The notes beneath the pieces were generated by a model. The model did not search any database. It saw nothing but the letters and a program-made list of their open reading frames with translations, and was not told where the DNA came from. A program made the position numbers and the translations under genes. From contig NIVC01000733.1 in the NCBI GenBank assembly GCA_002269645.1, positions 1 to 64,000 of the forward strand: a DNA stretch of 64,000 nucleotides. Reading direction: 5' to 3'. Within the stretch, counting starts at the first letter, position 1; each line of letters opens with the position of its first letter. Below, piece by piece: positions 11,501-20,500 of the stretch. The stretch comes from Macrostomum lignano (taxonomy: Eukaryota).

Positions 11501-14500
11501 TGACATTGTTCTCCGACTGACTGCTCCTCTCTGCTTAGTAAAGGACCAGGAGACGAGTAAAATCGATATACATGATTTTTCCACTCTAACTCATTCTCAA
11601 ACCAATAATATTTTACAGGCTCTTACCGCTATAGCACACGAAGCAACAGATGAATTAATGTCTGATGTAGAAAATACGGCCAAATTAATCGAAGCAATAA
11701 GGTCACGATTGGCCGTTCTCAAAGACGAGTTTGCAGAACTCTTCAAGGGTATTCTGTCTTTCGTAAGACTGGCTTCGGTGGCAGTGGACTCGGCAGCAAT
11801 AGCAAAGCATTCTCAAACATTACACAGCCTAGTTGGCAGTACTGTCGAGTGCATGGACAAACGATTGCTCACCAGAGAATGGAAAATAAAATTTGACCAA
11901 ACCATTGACATCCGAAGCGAAAAGCTGCAGAGAAAAGAATGCATCAAACCACTCTGTGAAGCAATTCGAAAAGTGCTGGAGCAGCGCATCATTGAATGCG
12001 TCATTGTAATACTGGAAGAGCACATCCGTAAAAACCTAGATGGCATTGTGGAAAACAGCATTGCACAAGCAAAAAAGTTCGTTGGAAAAACATTTAAAAC
12101 CGCACATAAAGAAAATATATCTAACAAAAACATACCATCCATCAAAAATAAAAATATTGAAAAATCCGAAAAACCTGGAACCAAGAAATTCCTAAAGAAA
12201 ACTAAACTCACTGCTACAGACTCCGGTGTGGAGCTAACTAATGCAGACAAAAAACTAGCGGTCAAGGCTGGCGACTCTGGAGTGAGTGTGGAAACAGCAC
12301 AAAGACATGGCTCTCGGCGTGTCTCACGGATCGGACGGTTCTACAGAAGTGGCCGCGAGCAAGGGCGACAGCAAACTAGCGGTCAAGGCTGGCGACTCTG
12401 GAGTGAGTGTGGCCGCTCAGCACAAAGACATGGCTCTCGGCGTGTCTCACGGATCGGACGGTTCTACAGAAGTGGCCGCGAGCAAGGGCGACAGCAAACT
12501 AGCGGTCAAGGCTGGCGACTCTGGAGTGAGTGTGGCCGCTCAGCACAAAGACATGGCTCTCGGCGTGTCTCACGGATCGGACGGTTCTACAGAAGTGGCC
12601 GCGAGCAAGGGCGACAGCAAACTAGCGGTCAAGGCTGGCGACTCTGGAGTGAGTGTGGCCGCTCAGCACAAAGACATGGCTCTCGGCGTGTCTCACGGAT
12701 CGGACGGTTCTACAGAAGTGGCCGCGAGCAAGGGCGACAGCAAACTAGCGGTCAAGGCTGGCGACTCTGGAGTGAGTGTGGCCGCTCAGCACAAAGACAT
12801 GGCTCTCGGCGTGTCTCACGGATCGGACGGTTCTACAGAAGTGGCCGCGAGCAAGGGCGACAGCAAACTAGCGGTCAAGGCTGGCGACTCTGGAGTGAGT
12901 GTGGCCGCTCAGCACAAAGACATGGCTCTCGGCGTGTCTCACGGATCGGACGGTTCTACAGAAGTGGCCGCGAGCAAGGGCGACAGCAAACTAGCGGTCA
13001 AGGCTGGCGACTCTGGAGTGAGTGTGGCCGCTCAGCACAAAGACATGGCTCTCGGCGTGTCTCACGGATCGGACGGTTCTACAGAAGTGGCCGCGAGCAA
13101 GGGCGACAGCAAACTAGCGGTCAAGGCTGGCGACTCTGGAGTGAGTGTGGCCGCTCAGCACAAAGACATGGCTCTCGGCGTGTCTCACGGATCGGACGGT
13201 TCTACAGAAGTGGCCGCGAGCAAGGGCGACAGCAAACTAGCGGTCAAGGCTGGCGACTCTGGAGTGAGTGTGGCCGCTCAGCACAAAGACATGGCTCTCG
13301 GCGTGTCTCACGGATCGGACGGTTCTACAGAAGTGGCCGCGAGCAAGGGCGACAGCAAACTAGCGGTCAAGGCTGGCGACTCTGGAGTGAGTGTGGCCGC
13401 TCAGCACAAAGACATGGCTCTCGGCGTGTCTCACGGATCGGACGGTTCTACAGAAGTGGCCGCGAGCAAGGGCGACAGCAAACTAGCGGTCAAGGCTGGC
13501 GACTCTGGAGTGAGTGTGGCCGCTCAGCACAAAGACATGGCTCTCGGCGTGTCTCACGGATCGGACGGTTCTACAGAAGTGGCCGCGAGCAAGGGCGACA
13601 GCAAACTAGCGGTCAAGGCTGGCGACTCTGGAGTGAGTGTGGCCGCTCAGCACAAAGACATGGCTCTCGGCGTGTCTCACGGATCGGACGGTTCTACAGA
13701 AGTGGCCGCGAGCAAGGGCGACAGCAAACTAGCGGTCAAGGCTGGCGACTCTGGAGTGAGTGTGGCCGCTCAGCACAAAGACATGGCTCTCGGCGTGTCT
13801 CACGGATCGGACGGTTCTACAGAAGTGGCCGCGAGCAAGGGCGACAGCAAACTAGCGGTCAAGGCTGGCGACTCTGGAGTGAGTGTGGCCGCTCAGCACA
13901 AAGACATGGCTCTCGGCGTGTCTCACGGATCGGACGGTTCTACAGAAGTGGCCGCGAGCAAGGGCGACAGCAAACTAGCGGTCAAGGCTGGCGACTCTGG
14001 AGTGAGTGTGGCCGCTCAGCACAAAGACATGGCTCTCGGCGTGTCTCACGGATCGGACGGTTCTACAGAAGTGGCCGCGAGCAAGGGCGACAGCAAACTA
14101 GCGGTCAAGGCTGGCGACTCTGGAGTGAGTGTGGCCGCTCAGCACAAAGACATGGCTCTCGGCGTGTCTCACGGATCGGACGGTTCTACAGAAGTGGCCG
14201 CGAGCAAGGGCGACAGCAAACTAGCGGTCAAGGCTGGCGACTCTGGAGTGAGTGTGGCCGCTCAGCACAAAGACATGGCTCTCGGCGTGTCTCACGGATC
14301 GGACGGTTCTACAGAAGTGGCCGCGAGCAAGGGCGACAGCAAACTAGCGGTCAAGGCTGGCGACTCTGGAGTGAGTGTGGCCGCTCAGCACAAAGACATG
14401 GCTCTCGGCGTGTCTCACGGATCGGACGGTTCTACAGAAGTGGCCGCGAGCAAGGGCGACAGCAAACTAGCGGTCAAGGCTGGCGACTCTGGAGTGAGTG

Positions 14501-17500
14501 TGGCCGCTCAGCACAAAGACATGGCTCTCGGCGTGTCTCACGGATCGGACGGTTCTACAGAAGTGGCCGCGAGCAAGGGCGACAGCAAACTAGCGGTCAA
14601 GGCTGGCGACTCTGGAGTGAGTGTGGCCGCTCAGCACAAAGACATGGCTCTCGGCGTGTCTCACGGATCGGACGGTTCTACAGAAGTGGCCGCGAGCAAG
14701 GGCGACAGCAAACTAGCGGTCAAGGCTGGCGACTCTGGAGTGAGTGTGGCCGCTCAGCACAAAGACATGGCTCTCGGCGTGTCTCACGGATCGGACGGTT
14801 CTACAGAAGTGGCCGCGAGCAAGGGCGACAGCAAACTAGCGGTCAAGGCTGGCGACTCTGGAGTGAGTGTGGCCGCTCAGCACAAAGACATGGCTCTCGG
14901 CGTGTCTCACGGATCGGACGGTTCTACAGAAGTGGCCGCGAGCAAGGGCGACAGCAAACTAGCGGTCAAGGCTGGCGACTCTGGAGTGAGTGTGGCCGCT
15001 CAGCACAAAGACATGGCTCTCGGCGTGTCTCACGGATCGGACGGTTCTACAGAAGTGGCCGCGAGCAAGGGCGACAGCAAACTAGCGGTCAAGGCTGGCG
15101 ACTCTGGAGTGAGTGTGGCCGCTCAGCACAAAGACATGGCTCTCGGCGTGTCTCACGGATCGGACGGTTCTACAGAAGTGGCCGCGAGCAAGGGCGACAG
15201 CAAACTAGCGGTCAAGGCTGGCGACTCTGGAGTGAGTGTGGCCGCTCAGCACAAAGACATGGCTCTCGGCGTGTCTCACGGATCGGACGGTTCTACAGAA
15301 GTGGCCGCGAGCAAGGGCGACAGCAAACTAGCGGTCAAGGCTGGCGACTCTGGAGTGAGTGTGGCCGCTCAGCACAAAGACATGGCTCTCGGCGTGTCTC
15401 ACGGATCGGACGGTTCTACAGAAGTGGCCGCGAGCAAGGGCGACAGCAAACTAGCGGTCAAGGCTGGCGACTCTGGAGTGAGTGTGGCCGCTCAGCACAA
15501 AGACATGGCTCTCGGCGTGTCTCACGGATCGGACGGTTCTACAGAAGTGGCCGCGAGCAAGGGCGACAGCAAACTAGCGGTCAAGGCTGGCGACTCTGGA
15601 GTGAGTGTGGCCGCTCAGCACAAAGACATGGCTCTCGGCGTGTCTCACGGATCGGACGGTTCTACAGAAGTGGCCGCGAGCAAGGGCGACAGCAAACTAG
15701 CGGTCAAGGCTGGCGACTCTGGAGTGAGTGTGGCCGCTCAGCACAAAGACATGGCTCTCGGCGTGTCTCACGGATCGGACGGTTCTACAGAAGTGGCCGC
15801 GAGCAAGGGCGACAGCAAACTAGCGGTCAAGGCTGGCGACTCTGGAGTGAGTGTGGCCGCTCAGCACAAAGACATGGCTCTCGGCGTGTCTCACGGATCG
15901 GACGGTTCTACAGAAGTGGCCGCGAGCAAGGGCGACAGCAAACTAGCGGTCAAGGCTGGCGACTCTGGAGTGAGTGTGGCCGCTCAGCACAAAGACATGG
16001 CTCTCGGCGTGTCTCACGGATCGGACGGTTCTACAGAAGTGGCCGCGAGCAAGGGCGACAGCAAACTAGCGGTCAAGGCTGGCGACTCTGGAGTGAGTGT
16101 GGCCGCTCAGCACAAAGACATGGCTCTCGGCGTGTCTCACGGATCGGACGGTTCTACAGAAGTGGCCGCGAGCAAGGGCGACAGCAAACTAGCGGTCAAG
16201 GCTGGCGACTCTGGAGTGAGTGTGGCCGCTCAGCACAAAGACATGGCTCTCGGCGTGTCTCACGGATCGGACGGTTCTACAGAAGTGGCCGCGAGCAAGG
16301 GCGACAGCAAACTAGCGGTCAAGGCTGGCGACTCTGGAGTGAGTGTGGCCGCTCAGCACAAAGACATGGCTCTCGGCGTGTCTCACGGATCGGACGGTTC
16401 TACAGAAGTGGCCGCGAGCAAGGGCGACAGCAAACTAGCGGTCAAGGCTGGCGACTCTGGAGTGAGTGTGGCCGCTCAGCACAAAGACATGGCTCTCGGC
16501 GTGTCTCACGGATCGGACGGTTCTACAGAAGTGGCCGCGAGCAAGGGCGACAGCAAACTAGCGGTCAAGGCTGGCGACTCTGGAGTGAGTGTGGCCGCTC
16601 AGCACAAAGACATGGCTCTCGGCGTGTCTCACGGATCGGACGGTTCTACAGAAGTGGCCGCGAGCAAGGGCGACAGCAAACTAGCGGTCAAGGCTGGCGA
16701 CTCTGGAGTGAGTGTGGCCGCTCAGCACAAAGACATGGCTCTCGGCGTGTCTCACGGATCGGACGGTTCTACAGAAGTGGCCGCGAGCAAGGGCGACAGC
16801 AAACTAGCGGTCAAGGCTGGCGACTCTGGAGTGAGTGTGGCCGCTCAGCACAAAGACATGGCTCTCGGCGTGTCTCACGGATCGGACGGTTCTACAGAAG
16901 TGGCCGCGAGCAAGGGCGACAGCAAACTAGCGGTCAAGGCTGGCGACTCTGGAGTGAGTGTGGCCGCTCAGCACAAAGACATGGCTCTCGGCGTGTCTCA
17001 CGGATCGGACGGTTCTACAGAAGTGGCCGCGAGCAAGGGCGACAGCAAACTAGCGGTCAAGGCTGGCGACTCTGGAGTGAGTGTGGCCGCTCAGCACAAA
17101 GACATGGCTCTCGGCGTGTCTCACGGATCGGACGGTTCTACAGAAGTGGCCGCGAGCAAGGGCGACAGCAAACTAGCGGTCAAGGCTGGCGACTCTGGAG
17201 TGAGTGTGGCCGCTCAGCACAAAGACATGGCTCTCGGCGTGTCTCACGGATCGGACGGTTCTACAGAAGTGGCCGCGAGCAAGGGCGACAGCAAACTAGC
17301 GGTCAAGGCTGGCGACTCTGGAGTGAGTGTGGCCGCTCAGCACAAAGACATGGCTCTCGGCGTGTCTCACGGATCGGACGGTTCTACAGAAGTGGCCGCG
17401 AGCAAGGGCGACAGCAAACTAGCGGTCAAGGCTGGCGACTCTGGAGTGAGTGTGGCCGCTCAGCACAAAGACATGGCTCTCGGCGTGTCTCACGGATCGG

Positions 17501-20500
17501 ACGGTTCTACAGAAGTGGCCGCGAGCAAGGGCGACAGCAAACTAGCGGTCAAGGCTGGCGACTCTGGAGTGAGTGTGGCCGCTCAGCACAAAGACATGGC
17601 TCTCGGCGTGTCTCACGGATCGGACGGTTCTACAGAAGTGGCCGCGAGCAAGGGCGACAGCAAACTAGCGGTCAAGGCTGGCGACTCTGGAGTGAGTGTG
17701 GCCGCTCAGCACAAAGACATGGCTCTCGGCGTGTCTCACGGATCGGACGGTTCTACAGAAGTGGCCGCGAGCAAGGGCGACAGCAAACTAGCGGTCAAGG
17801 CTGGCGACTCTGGAGTGAGTGTGGCCGCTCAGCACAAAGACATGGCTCTCGGCGTGTCTCACGGATCGGACGGTTCTACAGAAGTGGCCGCGAGCAAGGG
17901 CGACAGCAAACTAGCGGTCAAGGCTGGCGACTCTGGAGTGAGTGTGGCCGCTCAGCACAAAGACATGGCTCTCGGCGTGTCTCACGGATCGGACGGTTCT
18001 ACAGAAGTGGCCGCGAGCAAGGGCGACAGCAAACTAGCGGTCAAGGCTGGCGACTCTGGAGTGAGTGTGGCCGCTCAGCACAAAGACATGGCTCTCGGCG
18101 TGTCTCACGGATCGGACGGTTCTACAGAAGTGGCCGCGAGCAAGGGCGACAGCAAACTAGCGGTCAAGGCTGGCGACTCTGGAGTGAGTGTGGCCGCTCA
18201 GCACAAAGACATGGCTCTCGGCGTGTCTCACGGATCGGACGGTTCTACAGAAGTGGCCGCGAGCAAGGGCGACAGCAAACTAGCGGTCAAGGCTGGCGAC
18301 TCTGGAGTGAGTGTGGCCGCTCAGCACAAAGACATGGCTCTCGGCGTGTCTCACGGATCGGACGGTTCTACAGAAGTGGCCGCGAGCAAGGGCGACAGCA
18401 AACTAGCGGTCAAGGCTGGCGACTCTGGAGTGAGTGTGGCCGCTCAGCACAAAGACATGGCTCTCGGCGTGTCTCACGGATCGGACGGTTCTACAGAAGT
18501 GGCCGCGAGCAAGGGCGACAGCAAACTAGCGGTCAAGGCTGGCGACTCTGGAGTGAGTGTGGCCGCTCAGCACAAAGACATGGCTCTGGGCGTGTCTCTC
18601 GGCGTGTCTCACGGATCGGACGGTTCTACAGAAGTGGCCGCGAGCAAGGGCGACAGCAAACTAGCGGTCAAGGCTGGCGACTCTGGAGTGAGTGTGGCCG
18701 CTCAGCACAAAGACATGGCTCTCGGCGTGTCTCACGGATCGGACGGTTCTACAGAAGTGGCCGCGAGCAAGGGCGACAGCAAACTAGCGGTCAAGGCTGG
18801 CGACTCTGGAGTGAGTGTGGCCGCTCAGCACAAAGACATGGCTCTCGGCGTGTCTCACGGATCGGACGGTTCTACAGAAGTGGCCGCGAGCAAGGGCGAC
18901 AGCAAACTAGCGGTCAAGGCTGGCGACTCTGGAGTGAGTGTGGCCGCTCAGCACAAAGACATGGCTCTCGGCGTGTCTCACGGATCGGACGGTTCTACAG
19001 AAGTGGCCGCGAGCAAGGGCGACAGCAAACTAGCGGTCAAGGCTGGCGACTCTGGAGTGAGTGTGGCCGCTCAGCACAAAGACATGGCTCTCGGCGTGTC
19101 TCACGGATCGGACGGTTCTACAGAAGTGGCCGCGAGCAAGGGCGACAGCAAACTAGCGGTCAAGGCTGGCGACTCTGGAGTGAGTGTGGCCGCTCAGCAC
19201 AAAGACATGGCTCTCGGCGTGTCTCACGGATCGGACGGTTCTACAGAAGTGGCCGCGAGCAAGGGCGACAGCAAACTAGCGGTCAAGGCTGGCGACTCTG
19301 GAGTGAGTGTGGCCGCTCAGCACAAAGACATGGCTCTCGGCGTGTCTCACGGATCGGACGGTTCTACAGAAGTGGCCGCGAGCAAGGGCGACAGCAAACT
19401 AGCGGTCAAGGCTGGCGACTCTGGAGTGAGTGTGGCCGCTCAGCACAAAGACATGGCTCTCGGCGTGTCTCACGGATCGGACGGTTCTACAGAAGTGGCC
19501 GCGAGCAAGGGCGACAGCAAACTAGCGGTCAAGGCTGGCGACTCTGGAGTGAGTGTGGCCGCTCAGCACAAAGACATGGCTCTCGGCGTGTCTCACGGAT
19601 CGGACGGTTCTACAGAAGTGGCCGCGAGCAAGGGCGACAGCAAACTAGCGGTCAAGGCTGGCGACTCTGGAGTGAGTGTGGCCGCTCAGCACAAAGACAT
19701 GGCTCTCGGCGTGTCTCACGGATCGGACGGTTCTACAGAAGTGGCCGCGAGCAAGGGCGACAGCAAACTAGCGGTCAAGGCTGGCGACTCTGGAGTGAGT
19801 GTGGCCGCTCAGCACAAAGACATGGCTCTCGGCGTGTCTCACGGATCGGACGGTTCTACAGAAGTGGCCGCGAGCAAGGGCGACAGCAAACTAGCGGTCA
19901 AGGCTGGCGACTCTGGAGTGAGTGTGGCCGCTCAGCACAAAGACATGGCTCTCGGCGTGTCTCACGGATCGGACGGTTCTACAGAAGTGGCCGCGAGCAA
20001 GGGCGACAGCAAACTAGCGGTCAAGGCTGGCGACTCTGGAGTGAGTGTGGCCGCTCAGCACAAAGACATGGCTCTCGGCGTGTCTCACGGATCGGACGGT
20101 TCTACAGAAGTGGCCGCGAGCAAGGGCGACAGCAAACTAGCGGTCAAGGCTGGCGACTCTGGAGTGAGTGTGGCCGCTCAGCACAAAGACATGGCTCTCG
20201 GCGTGTCTCACGGATCGGACGGTTCTACAGAAGTAGCCGCGAGCAAGGGCGACAGCAAACTAGCGGTCAAGGCTGGCGACTCTGGAGTGAGTGTGGCCGC
20301 TCAGCACAAAGACATGGCTCTCGGCGTGTCTCACGGATCGGACGGTTCTACAGAAGTAGCCGCGAGCAAGGGCGACAGCAAACTAGCGGTCAAGGCTGGC
20401 GACTCTGGAGTGAGTGTGGCCGCTCAGCACAAAGACATGGCTCTCGGCGTGTCTCACGGATCGGACGGTTCTACAGAAGTAGCCGCGAGCAAGGGCGACA

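Noticed and set aside
12246-12257. Programmed -1 ribosomal frameshift at GAC AAA AAA CTA
   Set aside because: Not a canonical X XXY YYZ heptamer in the zero frame. A -1 shift leads to the stop-containing frame, whereas frame A needs +1 or -2.
5574-12290. Bona fide bacterial secA or a contaminant contig
   Set aside because: No operon context. There is a splice acceptor before the ATG, a myristoylation-type N-terminus and large non-SecA extensions, and the sequence is contiguous with spliced animal genes. Only read-level data can fully exclude chimerism.
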